A stretch of 64,000 nt of DNA from a virus (lineage: Duplodnaviria > Heunggongvirae > Uroviricota > Caudoviricetes): IMG/VR virus record IMGVR_UViG_3300037418_003103. One strand, written 5' to 3'. A program made the position numbers and the translations under genes. The notes below the pieces were generated by a model that saw only the letters and a list, made by a program, of their open reading frames with translations, had not been told where the DNA came from and ran no database searches. Below are positions 17,803 to 27,278 of the stretch, piece after piece (position 1 is the stretch's first letter; every line of letters begins with the position of its first letter).

Positions 17803-18500
17803 TATTTAAAATACTTAGTTATTATCTTATCTCTAAGGATAGAAATATCTTCAGAAATCTTCGTAAGAATACTACTGCCAAACGATGTATTACAATTAAG
17901 CTCAGAGGTCATAGAATTAGAGTACTGAATAATGTCGTTGAGGCTGAACTCTGGTTTATTCATGATGAAATGTTCCTCAGCCTTATTCCTGTTTGCAAAT
18001 CTAAGGGTTCCCTTATGATTCTCTGATGTCTTATTGGCTATGTATTCGTCTCCCCTCAATTCAAATAAATTCACTGGATAATACTTGTCACCCTCAAAAA
18101 TATCTACGCCGTCACAAGAGGTAAAGAGTGGGTCAGTTTTTTCCTCTATTTCCCTGCTTGCAGTATCTTTTTCAATAGGTTCAACTTTGGTTCTATTCGT
18201 TGCTCCGTTTATAATTCCGTGTAAATAAGCTACCACTACAGAAGCATCCCCAGAAGCGGATGATTGAAGCCTGGCTTCGAAGGGTAGTCCTTTAAAGGGA
18301 GACATCTCATGAAAAACACTATACGTACTGTAGGCCTCAGTTTTTCTCCTGACTCCGACGCGTCTTGTCTGTACATGCTCAGATATCATAATACTAGGAT
18401 CATACTTCAATGCCTCCTGAAACAAGTTATTAAGGTTCTTATCAGTTACCTTTCTCATCCTTATACTATCTTCAGCGTTTATATAGATATAGAGTCCCAT
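17802..18500 (-). CDS. hypothetical protein
   Basis: 232-aa ORF. Confidence 0.55.
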   Translation of the reverse strand: MGLYIYINAEDSIRMRKVTDKNLNNLFQEALKYDPSIMISEHVQTRRVGVRRKTEAYSTYSVFHEMSPFKGLPFEARLQSSASGDASVVVAYLHGIINGATNRTKVEPIEKDTASREIEEKTDPLFTSCDGVDIFEGDKYYPVNLFELRGDEYIANKTSENHKGTLRFANRNKAEEHFIMNKPEFSLNDIIQYSNSMTSELNCNTSFGSSILTKISEDISILRDKIITKYFK

Positions 18501-18517
18501 ATATTTTATTAATAGTG

Positions 18518-18883
18518 TTAAAAAGATTTAATTTCAAAAATTAGACTCCTTGCATGGGATACTTTTTTACCGTCCTGGCCATGCATCCAATCCTCAAAAT
18601 AAGATAAGATTTCATCTATTTCATCAAGCCTATTATTAATTTCTTCCTGCTTGTCATTCGAGTACCTCTTTGCAGCTTCAACGCATTTTTCTACCGTTGG
18701 CTCAATGATAAGGTTACCTATATTGTCATATAGTAGATCGAAAACTTTTTCAAATAATTTTAATTCAGTTCCATTAATAAATTCTTTCCTAGAAAATTTA
18801 TGCTTCAGCGCTGGGGGAGGAGTAAACATACTTTTGGTCTGATCTTCATTAGATGGCTTTATGTTCTGTTCATTCTTTTCCAT
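18518..18883 (-). CDS. hypothetical protein
   Basis: 121-aa ORF. Confidence 0.5.
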   Translation of the reverse strand: MEKNEQNIKPSNEDQTKSMFTPPPALKHKFSRKEFINGTELKLFEKVFDLLYDNIGNLIIEPTVEKCVEAAKRYSNDKQEEINNRLDEIDEILSYFEDWMHGQDGKKVSHARSLIFEIKSF

Positions 18884-19157
18884 TTTCTATACTTTTTGTG
18901 TATTCAATAGTATCTTTATCACCTAGTTTCATGCTAGATTTTAATTTAGTTTTTTCGTTTAAGTATTTTCGTGAAATGAGCCTCATCGTATTCCAAAAGT
19001 CTTGTTCTTTTTTAAACGTCTCCCGCCATTTATTTATTACCAGTAGTCTTTGAACAGACAAGCTATATTCCTGATCTGTCAAGATCCTAATATCCTTCAG
19101 GAGCCTTTTATTCTCTTCTTTTAACTTCTGATACACGCTACGACTTACACTACTCAT
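18870..19157 (-). CDS. hypothetical basic protein
   Basis: 95-aa ORF. Confidence 0.45.
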   Translation of the reverse strand: MSSVSRSVYQKLKEENKRLLKDIRILTDQEYSLSVQRLLVINKWRETFKKEQDFWNTMRLISRKYLNEKTKLKSSMKLGDKDTIEYTKSIENGKE

Positions 19158-19168
19158 AATATTTGTAT

Positions 19169-19390
19169 TTATTCAAAATCAACAATTTCAGATTTTCCAC
19201 ACTTATCGCAAACATAACTGCTCCAAGTATCAGTATCTAGTGTACAACGATAGGTATGAGTGCATTTAGATTGATACTCAATTATCTCATTTTCAACGGT
19301 TTCTATACTAGCCTCCAATTCTTTTAAGGTTTCCTTAAATATAAGGAGCTGTATCTCGCTCACTAATAATTGTTTGTCGTTCTTAATCAT
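19169..19390 (-). CDS. hypothetical protein with C-terminal zinc ribbon
   Basis: 73-aa ORF; CTHTYRC...CDKCG. Confidence 0.45.
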   Translation of the reverse strand: MIKNDKQLLVSEIQLLIFKETLKELEASIETVENEIIEYQSKCTHTYRCTLDTDTWSSYVCDKCGKSEIVDFE

Positions 19391-19439
19391 ATCCCTGGGT
19401 TATTTTATTAGAAGGTAAGGCTCTTTTCTCATCTTTAAT

Positions 19440-19853
19440 TTAAAGTACCAACAAATCTGTTTCACCCTTTAAAAAACTTACAAGTTTATTTACCTTAGTT
19501 GATCTACGTGACAGCCTTGTGTACCTATTCACAAAGTTCTCAATTGGCGAGGAATAGTAGTTTAGCCTCTCCCTAGAACATGAAATATTAAACTCTCTAG
19601 GGTCTACATTAACAATGTTAGTACATGCTCTTAGATGAACCGTTTTATAAACCCTGGTGGCACACTTCTCAATTAATAATTTAGCTCTGTCCGTTAAACA
19701 GTTTCCAGTCATTTGTCCGTAAATACACTTTTCTATATCATTACCATCTAAGGTTTTCAAGTTTAATCTAGCAAGTTCTTTTTTAGTTGCATATTTCTTA
19801 AGATTAGTAGCCTCCATTACCACTAGCTCTTCAAGTTTAAGATTTCTATTCAT
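19440..19853 (-). CDS. hypothetical protein
   Basis: 137-aa ORF. Confidence 0.5.
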   Translation of the reverse strand: MNRNLKLEELVVMEATNLKKYATKKELARLNLKTLDGNDIEKCIYGQMTGNCLTDRAKLLIEKCATRVYKTVHLRACTNIVNVDPREFNISCSRERLNYYSSPIENFVNRYTRLSRRSTKVNKLVSFLKGETDLLVL

Positions 19854-20231
19854 TAATTTGTTTTTTAATTATTTTTTCATGAAGTTCTTTAGTCTTTGCA
19901 ATTCGTTCATCTCTCTCTAAAGGATTTTCATAATCATCTAGCTTAAGCATAAAGTCTATTTGCTTTTGAGTAAGATTCTCCGATATATGTGCTTCTTGCC
20001 ATTTACCTTTTGTTTCATTTAAAACCCAAATTATTGAGGTTTATATCAACTTAAAAGGTAAAGATATAAATTTCTTCAGAATAAACAAGACCTAACTATT
20101 ATTTCCTTACTATCAAATAGCTTAACCTAGGATCATTCAGAACTCTTTCCATTTCCGAACTTAATACGCCATAAATATAAAAACCTTTCTGCTTCACTTA
20201 TAAAATTCGAATGAAGCAAATACAAATAAAG

Positions 20232-20519
20232 TTATTCATATTGAAATGATTTACCTGTGTAACCCTCTAATTGAAGGTTCTCATGAAAGCCACAGCCGTT
20301 TACTTCACCAATATCTCTATTTAATTCATATGCGGCTTTTTTATGATGCCAAAATGAAGTGCTTATTATACCTTTTTCATCAATAGAATGCAAGTTTATT
20401 TCACAAGGCTGGCCGCACTTGCAATATATTATTGGTCTCAACTGATTGCCATTTTGGTCAACAGCACTCTTCCAACAGGGGTAATTATTTCGTTCTTCGT
20501 TTGCCTTTGGTATTAGCAT
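20232..20519 (-). CDS. hypothetical Cys/His-rich protein
   Basis: 95-aa ORF. Confidence 0.45.
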   Translation of the reverse strand: MLIPKANEERNNYPCWKSAVDQNGNQLRPIIYCKCGQPCEINLHSIDEKGIISTSFWHHKKAAYELNRDIGEVNGCGFHENLQLEGYTGKSFQYE

Positions 20520-20585
20520 ATTATCCTATATTAATGTAAAATTTTAGCTCAACCGTATTTTCTTCTAAAAATACATCCATTGTTT

Positions 20586-20825
20586 TTATTTTATTGGCTT
20601 AAAACGAGATAAATACTCCAGTTCTTTTTTATCCGCCTCTTCTCTTGAAATGGGATTACCACTTTCATCCAAATCAATCCAAACTCCTTTTGGCAGAGCT
20701 TCTAACATAGCAAGCCTTTCCTCCTGTTCAGGTGATAACGGTCCTAAGTTATTTTCTATATTGTATTCTTTTGCTGCTCTAAGAATGCCAGCTTGAATTC
20801 CTCCATTCATTATTTGCGTTGACAT
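20586..20825 (-). CDS. hypothetical protein
   Basis: 79-aa ORF. Confidence 0.45.
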   Translation of the reverse strand: MSTQIMNGGIQAGILRAAKEYNIENNLGPLSPEQEERLAMLEALPKGVWIDLDESGNPISREEADKKELEYLSRFKPIK

Positions 20826-20871
20826 ATATTTTATTTTACAGCGTAATTATTAGGAAGGTACAAAGTTATCA

Positions 20872-21216
20872 CTAAGCCTCTTCTATCAAATTTTCTGTGT
20901 AATTAATATCAAAAATGACCATTCCGTTAATATCCGTTTCCGCCTCAACATTTACATACCCCTCCTGTTCTTCATACTTACCATCATGAAAAATATCTTG
21001 ATTTTCACCATTATGTTTCACATAGCCAACGCCCTCTATCATTTCATCTACACCATAGCGAGAAATTTGAGAAGCAATGTTTTCAGCTAAACTTTCATAA
21101 TCGGCATCACTATCTATAAATTCTTTATAGCCCTCCCATAATTCTTTAAAAGAATCTGAGTTTTCATCAAACTCAATAATAATTTCCTTTTCAAGGGTTA
21201 CTTTAAATTTTTGCAT
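20872..21216 (-). CDS. highly acidic protein (possible DNA mimic)
   Basis: 114-aa ORF, D/E-rich; promoter copy 21224-21257; immediately downstream of the methyltransferase gene. Confidence 0.5.
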   Translation of the reverse strand: MQKFKVTLEKEIIIEFDENSDSFKELWEGYKEFIDSDADYESLAENIASQISRYGVDEMIEGVGYVKHNGENQDIFHDGKYEEQEGYVNVEAETDINGMVIFDINYTENLIEEA

Positions 21217-21223
21217 TTTTTTT

Positions 21224-21257
21224 ACAAATATAAGAGTAAAGATCTAATCCGCCAAAC
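21224..21257 (-). promoter_or_regulatory. promoter copy
   Basis: tacaaatataagagtaaagatctaatccgccaaacatt. Confidence 0.45.
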
Positions 21258-21309
21258 ATTTTTTTATTAGTACGTTTCTTCTAATGTAGGCGTTTTAAAA
21301 TTAATTTTT

Positions 21310-22044
21310 TTAAATATTTAATAAGTTATTAATGTAACTTCCATCATTTTCATTACAACTATATAATTTAGGTACAATATGGCCATCTACGCATGTATGC
21401 ATTTTGTAATTAAAGTCTCTTTTATCATATAGATCTTCAACATCTCTATTGCACTTTTCACATAAAATAAGTGGTCTACCAAGCCATCCCCAGTACCAGT
21501 AATGCAAGCACTCCTTATCTTTTGATATATTTAATGGTACAATTTGACCAGATATTCCACAAGTCTTCAGAGTCTCGAAATTCTCCTTTCCGTATGCCAC
21601 CAGAACTGATGGAGCCCCAGCATTGGCGCTGGCCACCTCACCGCTTACGTGATGAAAATAAAGTCTACCCTCCAGGAATAGCAGCCCATACGCCTTTTTC
21701 CATACTTGTTCAAAGAACATCTTTGTCTCTGTCCTTGCAAATATAAGCGCAATTCCGTTGCCATGCTCAGCTAATTTATTCAGCCAGCTTGCAGCGATCA
21801 ATCCATAAGGTGGATTGCACCAGACTCTTCCTATCCACTTCTTACTAAGTCCATCATCCTCTATAGTAAAATGAGTCTTGGCTGTTGGCCAGGGCCTCTG
21901 AATTGGAGAACAAGGATCTAAATCAAATGGCCCTAATTTTTCAAGGATATGTGGTGGAGTCAGCCACTCATCCTTCATCATTTTTGCGGATTGATGAGAG
22001 CCCATTCCCTTCCTTCCGTCGTGTTCTTCTTGGTTTTCTTGCAT
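21310..22044 (-). CDS. DNA N6-adenine methyltransferase, phage Dam family, with C-terminal Cys-rich extension
   Basis: WLTPP...FDLDPCS...WCNPPYG...IALIFARTETKMF matches the phage Dam family (PF05869-like); NPPY catalytic motif. Confidence 0.75.
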   Translation of the reverse strand: MQENQEEHDGRKGMGSHQSAKMMKDEWLTPPHILEKLGPFDLDPCSPIQRPWPTAKTHFTIEDDGLSKKWIGRVWCNPPYGLIAASWLNKLAEHGNGIALIFARTETKMFFEQVWKKAYGLLFLEGRLYFHHVSGEVASANAGAPSVLVAYGKENFETLKTCGISGQIVPLNISKDKECLHYWYWGWLGRPLILCEKCNRDVEDLYDKRDFNYKMHTCVDGHIVPKLYSCNENDGSYINNLLNI

Positions 22045-22062
22045 TATTAGTTTCGTTGGTGT

Positions 22063-22599
22063 TTAAGTAATTATATTTTCAGATAGTTGTTTTAGTATAC
22101 CAGCATCAATTGCTTGTCTCACTAAAGGAAGCCATTGAAGATTCTTAGAAAAATAACTGATATCTTTACCCAGTGGTTGAATATCTCTTTTCATCAGGAA
22201 TGATTGAAGGAAGCCAACGCTATATTCTTTCTTAATTTTATTTAGTAGTCGTTGTTCTTCTTTGGAGATATCCGAAGAAACAACCTCATCCTTCACTTGT
22301 TTTATGTACTTCCTATGTTCATCGTAGTAAGTATTCAACTTAACTCTTTTCCCATTTAAGTTGCCATTTTTAAGTTCTCTATCTACATATGACGAGAAGC
22401 TGTTCCAATTATTCTGAATGAAATCGTTTACCTGATAATGATTATTTGCTGTGAATTTAGTTATACCCTTGTACTTAAGGAAACCGTTTATAGCCTCCTT
22501 AGAATTTAATTCTTTTGATTCAATAAATCTTGTAAGTCCAATGTTATACATTCGAAATGTTGTTTTATTTATCAGATTCTTCAAGCAAAAACTTCTCAT
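22063..22599 (-). CDS. hypothetical protein
   Basis: 178-aa ORF. Confidence 0.5.
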   Translation of the reverse strand: MRSFCLKNLINKTTFRMYNIGLTRFIESKELNSKEAINGFLKYKGITKFTANNHYQVNDFIQNNWNSFSSYVDRELKNGNLNGKRVKLNTYYDEHRKYIKQVKDEVVSSDISKEEQRLLNKIKKEYSVGFLQSFLMKRDIQPLGKDISYFSKNLQWLPLVRQAIDAGILKQLSENIIT

Positions 22600-22819
22600 A
22601 CATCAGATCCTTACATGTCTGGCACTCAACATCCTTCAAAGGAATATACCTTAAATAATTGTTGGTTGCCCTTGGAAAGGAAATCCTTTCAGACCTGCTG
22701 AGAATACCGTAATATGTATACTTATAGCCGCAAACACAATCGAAAGCACTAATGGTTATATGTCCATCATAGCAAGCCATTTCTTTGAAATCAAATTTTG
22801 ATTGCTCTTCGGTTCTCAT
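22565..22819 (-). CDS. hypothetical Cys-rich protein
   Basis: 84-aa ORF. Confidence 0.4.
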   Translation of the reverse strand: MRTEEQSKFDFKEMACYDGHITISAFDCVCGYKYTYYGILSRSERISFPRATNNYLRYIPLKDVECQTCKDLMYEKFLLEESDK

Positions 22820-22838
22820 TTTTTATTCGTATTTTTAT

Positions 22839-23276
22839 TCACAGCTTTATTAATGCTGTAGTCTTCTGGCTATCCAAGTATTCTCGTTCTGACGCTGGTA
22901 GCATATATGCTAATGCTTCTTGATTATAAGTGTGATGTTCAAAATCAGCATAGGCTGGCAAATTGTCTACATGATATTCATTAACCTTAGCAATGTCACC
23001 GTCTTCATATTTCAAATAAAGAGGCAATTCTTTTCGCTCTTCCCACCATTCAATTTCCTCAAATACATCCTTATATAGAATAGCATGACTTAAATATATT
23101 TTATGCTTTTCGTTGTACCAATCCATTTTTTCAGTGGTATAATATTTCTTCGGTACAAAATATAAAATCTCACCCTCCATCATTTTACTGTCTGGATGGC
23201 ATACCTTCACATATAACCTTGGATTGGTTAAATTTAAAACCTGTTCTTCAGTTAAATTTACAATAATTGGTTTCAT
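22839..23276 (-). CDS. hypothetical protein
   Basis: 145-aa ORF. Confidence 0.5.
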   Translation of the reverse strand: MKPIIVNLTEEQVLNLTNPRLYVKVCHPDSKMMEGEILYFVPKKYYTTEKMDWYNEKHKIYLSHAILYKDVFEEIEWWEERKELPLYLKYEDGDIAKVNEYHVDNLPAYADFEHHTYNQEALAYMLPASEREYLDSQKTTALIKL

Positions 23277-23404
23277 ACATTAGTCTTTTTATTCATTGCT
23301 CTATTATCTTCTTTAGGCCAATCAAATTATATATGAACAGCCATTTATAATAAATTATGCCATCCTAACCTTAAATGAAAATTTTTTCCACATCTATATT
23401 TAAT

Positions 23405-23644
23405 TTATTGATTTTCCATGAGTTCAAGGATCATTTCTACCTTGCTCATTGCATCTTCAGCTTTTAATTTTTCTTTTTCAATTAGTACTGTTAACTTTCC
23501 TTGCTTAATTCCATCTATAAAATCACCTTTCTTGGATGCAAGACTTTCAAGCTCTCGCTGCATGCTCAGGTAATTCTTAATAGGAGAAAGTTTGTTTCTT
23601 AATTCAGGTATTAATTTTTCTATGTTATCTCTAAAATTATCCAT
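23405..23644 (-). CDS. hypothetical coiled-coil protein
   Basis: 79-aa ORF. Confidence 0.45.
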   Translation of the reverse strand: MDNFRDNIEKLIPELRNKLSPIKNYLSMQRELESLASKKGDFIDGIKQGKLTVLIEKEKLKAEDAMSKVEMILELMENQ

Positions 23645-23648
23645 CTTA

Positions 23649-23692
23649 TTTTACTCTTTTAAATCTACCATTTACATAACGATTTCTTTTAG
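23649..23692. repeat. 44-bp direct repeat copy A
   Basis: ttttactcttttaaatctaccatttacataacgatttcttttag; 42/44 identical to 24017-24060. Confidence 0.6.
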
Positions 23693-23752
23693 TATAATTT
23701 CTTGTTGTTACAGTAAATGAATAATTTGTTAAGAAAAAAACTAAAGCACATT

Positions 23753-23995
23753 TCAATTTATAATCAGTTCACACGCATTTAATGGCACTTCGCAACACAA
23801 TTCAACAGTCACAAAAGTTACTTTATTACCTTTCGAATCTTCGTCTTCATAAACATCATACGCTGTTTCAACTTTACCCTTGAATCTTTCCACAAAAGGT
23901 TCCATTTCTATTTTGTCGAAGCCAACTTTTACAAGTTCTTCCATAAGATTATCTTTAATCAGAATTTTATCGCCTTTTTTAATTCCTGGATTCAT
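23753..23995 (-). CDS. hypothetical protein (cassette gene flanked by 44-bp direct repeats)
   Basis: 80-aa ORF. Confidence 0.45.
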   Translation of the reverse strand: MNPGIKKGDKILIKDNLMEELVKVGFDKIEMEPFVERFKGKVETAYDVYEDEDSKGNKVTFVTVELCCEVPLNACELIIN

Positions 23996-24012
23996 TTATT
24001 TACTTTTTAATA

Positions 24013-24240
24013 TTATTTTACTCTTTTAAATCTACCATTTATATAATGATTTCTTTTAGCAGAAGCATAGCTTGTTGTCCAATCAGATTGATAACCACTG
24101 CCATCTGATTCATCCATCCTACCAAAGTTCCATATCTCCATTTTGCCATTCATTCTTACAAGTTCTATCCAATATAGAACTCCGTTATTTCTATATTCCC
24201 ATGTAGCGCCCACTGGATATTTTGAAATTGTATAATTCAT
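24013..24240 (-). CDS. hypothetical protein
   Basis: 75-aa ORF; its last 14 codons form repeat copy B. Confidence 0.45.
   Translation of the reverse strand: MNYTISKYPVGATWEYRNNGVLYWIELVRMNGKMEIWNFGRMDESDGSGYQSDWTTSYASAKRNHYINGRFKRVK
24017..24060. repeat. 44-bp direct repeat copy B
   Basis: ttttactcttttaaatctaccatttatataatgatttcttttag. Confidence 0.6.
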
Positions 24241-24245
24241 TAATT

Positions 24246-24584
24246 TTAATTTGTTAAAGAAATAAATTCAACACTACTTATTTTACTACTCTTAAAATCA
24301 TCCACATATTTTTTATAAGCTGCATCAATGCCCTTGTTAACTTCTTCAAGAGAGTAGAAGTCATAAACTATATGAAAACTACTTAAAAAATATACACGAT
24401 TTTCAATCAGTCCTGCCCACCCTAGAGTATATGTTTGACGGAATGGGATTCCAAAGATTACTGATTTTCTAATAACCACCTCAGCACGATATCTTTCTAC
24501 GCCATCAAGCATAGTTATTTTTGTAATATTCTTTTTAATTATTACGGGAATTTCGTTTTTATTCATACATTTCTTTTTGCACAT
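24246..24584 (-). CDS. hypothetical protein
   Basis: 112-aa ORF. Confidence 0.45.
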   Translation of the reverse strand: MCKKKCMNKNEIPVIIKKNITKITMLDGVERYRAEVVIRKSVIFGIPFRQTYTLGWAGLIENRVYFLSSFHIVYDFYSLEEVNKGIDAAYKKYVDDFKSSKISSVEFISLTN

Positions 24585-25131
24585 AAGTTGGATGATAACA
24601 TAATTCTCCGTTTATAATTTGGGCTGGAGCGGTGTAACGATGGGCAGTCTCTTTTTCTGTACTCATTATATGCGATACGCTCCATCCAATTGATTTCAAA
24701 TAATCTGAGATCATAGAACGATGACACTTCCACCAGACAGCTTCTGAGCACATATAAGCTGCACGCCGTTCTAATGCGATTCTTTCAAGAACTCTTATTC
24801 CTTCTTTAAAATCGTCAGTCTCCATATAATCAGCATAAGCCCTAAAAGATGGATGGCGCCAAAGTGTATTTTTTGAACTTGGATTTGTTTTTCTTCTGCC
24901 TCCCAGATCCTTCAAATGAATATATTCAATATTCTTATTCGGAAAATATACTTCTAAATTCTCTTTATTAAAATGAGGATAACGATTGGAGCCTGGATAA
25001 CTTCTAACATCAACAAGAACTTCTATGCTAAATGATTTAAGTATTTGTTCTATCTCTTGTATGCTTCTTGTAGAGTGGCCTATTGTCCATATGCTATTAG
25101 ATGAATTATCTTTCATATTACAAATGTACAT
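24559..25131 (-). CDS. DUF488 family protein
   Basis: IWTIGHSTRS...VLVDVRSYPGSNRYPHFNKENL matches the DUF488 N-terminal signature. Confidence 0.6.
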   Translation of the reverse strand: MYICNMKDNSSNSIWTIGHSTRSIQEIEQILKSFSIEVLVDVRSYPGSNRYPHFNKENLEVYFPNKNIEYIHLKDLGGRRKTNPSSKNTLWRHPSFRAYADYMETDDFKEGIRVLERIALERRAAYMCSEAVWWKCHRSMISDYLKSIGWSVSHIMSTEKETAHRYTAPAQIINGELCYHPTYVQKEMYE

Positions 25132-25158
25132 TAATTTTGTTTAAAAACCAAATTAATT

Positions 25159-25578
25159 TTATAAGAAGTATTCCCTAACCTTATCCCAGTTTTCATAAGG
25201 GGTTTGACCATACAGAAGTTGCTTTCCAGTAAAGTCCCATGGATTATCATCAATAAGATAATCCCCCATTAAAAGGTTCTTATGAGCACAAAGGATAAGC
25301 CTGTCACAGAAATCAAGCCCAATGTGATTCTCCACCCAGATTCTCTTCTCAGTGTAGCACAAAGGATTTCTTACTGATGGTCTGCTAAGAATAAAAACAT
25401 CATGAATCTCTCTTAGTTCATTAACTACCTCGATAGCACCCTCCATTGGTTCTAGGTTCGTGAAGAAGCCCCATTGGGACTGTGGATAGATGACTTCTGG
25501 TGTTTCTTTAATTGCCTTTATATAAGCATCCTTAAAGTTGCATAAAGTATTATCCATATCTATATAAATGACACTCAT
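25159..25578 (-). CDS. 5'(3')-deoxyribonucleotidase (NT5C-like, HAD superfamily)
   Basis: IYIDMDNTL..., FFTNLEP, DYLIDDNP motifs. Confidence 0.65.
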   Translation of the reverse strand: MSVIYIDMDNTLCNFKDAYIKAIKETPEVIYPQSQWGFFTNLEPMEGAIEVVNELREIHDVFILSRPSVRNPLCYTEKRIWVENHIGLDFCDRLILCAHKNLLMGDYLIDDNPWDFTGKQLLYGQTPYENWDKVREYFL

Positions 25579-25630
25579 TCTACTGGCGGTTTTTGGTTTT
25601 GTTATAAGAAGTAATTAAAGTCGGCATTTA

Positions 25631-26572
25631 TCAAATAATATCTGATAAATGAATAAATATTGCTTCAAGTAACTGGGTATTGTCGTGCAAATCAACTAAG
25701 TCATGACGTAATCTTGATGCCATATCGCATAAGGGATTGTTTTTTTCACTTTGCTCAACTTCTTCCTTACGTAAATCAATAACTTCGTGAAGCTTATCTT
25801 GCAGTTTAAATAAAAGTCCTCTTTGATAAATAATGCCATCGAACAGTTGCTGATGTACTGCGCTCAGCAATGTTTCTTTTGGCTTGTATTCTTCGTCTGT
25901 TACTATGCTATTAGAGCAATTCGTTTTTTTTAAAGTGTTTTCCATTTTGTTTTGTTTTATTGTAATATTAAATTTATTTTCTAGTTCAGGAAAGATATAG
26001 TCTATCGCGTCGTTAATCTTTGAAGAGGACTCTCCATAATCTCTTAAGTATCGATCAATGAGAACCTTAAATTCATCTTTGAATGCTTCTACTGGGTTTA
26101 ATTCTTTCAGATTCTTTTGCTTTATTAATGGATAAGCAAATACCTCATCAACAAAATGAACTGAATTAAATGAGAAGTCTGGTAATTCTTCAAGATAAAA
26201 GTCCGTATGCCAACCTTCTACATTAGTAGACGCTATTGTATAAAAATGGCCAACTTTAAGCAGATCATTAGCTTTTTCTTTATCCCAGGCACTGCCATAA
26301 TTAATTGTCTCATTTGTAACGGTTACCCTATGGCCAGGCTTACAGTAAATGTCTGTCTGGACAGTTCGTACTTCGAAATCTTTTTCTGTGTACGTATCAC
26401 AATCAGCAAATGAGAAAGCAAATTCTTTAGGAACTTTAATCGAGTGTTTTAGGAAATACTCAGTGTTAATCTTTTGACTGAAGATATTATCAACCAATAA
26501 TTCGTCATCACACGTAAGTGCCTCGATATCGACCAATCGATTATTTATTCTGCTGAATGTATATTCTTTCAT
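25631..26572 (-). CDS. hypothetical protein
   Basis: 313-aa ORF. Confidence 0.55.
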   Translation of the reverse strand: MKEYTFSRINNRLVDIEALTCDDELLVDNIFSQKINTEYFLKHSIKVPKEFAFSFADCDTYTEKDFEVRTVQTDIYCKPGHRVTVTNETINYGSAWDKEKANDLLKVGHFYTIASTNVEGWHTDFYLEELPDFSFNSVHFVDEVFAYPLIKQKNLKELNPVEAFKDEFKVLIDRYLRDYGESSSKINDAIDYIFPELENKFNITIKQNKMENTLKKTNCSNSIVTDEEYKPKETLLSAVHQQLFDGIIYQRGLLFKLQDKLHEVIDLRKEEVEQSEKNNPLCDMASRLRHDLVDLHDNTQLLEAIFIHLSDII

Positions 26573-26600
26573 CGCGTTAATTTTAATAACTGTTTTCTAC

Positions 26601-26891
26601 TTAATTAATATTTATGATCATAAGAGTTACTGGTTTTAAATATATAGCCCATCTGCCACACTCAGTATATGTATAAAATTCGCTAAGAGCCTCACCAACG
26701 ATTTGTCGTTGCCATTCTTTGATCATATTGAAGTCCTTTTCAGCTTCTATTGGATGCCTATGATACAAGCTTGGTTCAATTTGACATTCAATATATGGAA
26801 ATGATTCTCCATTAACCTCTCTTTTCAATATTTTAACAACACTGTTTGAGGGTAGAGTATCTCTAATTTTTTGAAGATCAATTTTTATCAT
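26601..26891 (-). CDS. hypothetical protein
   Basis: 96-aa ORF. Confidence 0.45.
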   Translation of the reverse strand: MIKIDLQKIRDTLPSNSVVKILKREVNGESFPYIECQIEPSLYHRHPIEAEKDFNMIKEWQRQIVGEALSEFYTYTECGRWAIYLKPVTLMIININ

Positions 26892-26936
26892 GCTATTATA
26901 ACAAATATACTATTAAAAATTCAATACTGCCAAGAT

Positions 26937-27140
26937 TTATTCCTTTGCAGTGAGTATTGCCTCTTTAAAACTCTCAAACAATTTGGAGGCTTTTTCCATA
27001 AACTCCAACGCTTCCTTACGTTCATAGTAGCTCCACTTGGCTATCTGATCCTCGTTCTTACGTTTTAAATCAATGGTGATATCTGCAATTTTTTGCTTAT
27101 CAGGACCCTTCCTATAAAATTGAAATTTAATTTGTGCCAT
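26937..27140 (-). CDS. hypothetical protein
   Basis: 67-aa ORF. Confidence 0.4.
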   Translation of the reverse strand: MAQIKFQFYRKGPDKQKIADITIDLKRKNEDQIAKWSYYERKEALEFMEKASKLFESFKEAILTAKE

Positions 27141-27278
27141 ATTGTATACTGTTTTTTTTTATTTTTAAAATTTTTCAACTGGTTCAATATAATAACCGTG
27201 AATAACGGCTATGCTATTATTATAACTTTTAGTCGTAGACTGAATATTTTAGTTTACAGTTGTTGTAGTTGTGGTAAT

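Noticed and set aside
17802-18500. GIY-YIG homing endonuclease, suggested by the N-terminal GLYIYIN.
   Set aside because: No second YIG motif or conserved Arg/Glu/Asn downstream.
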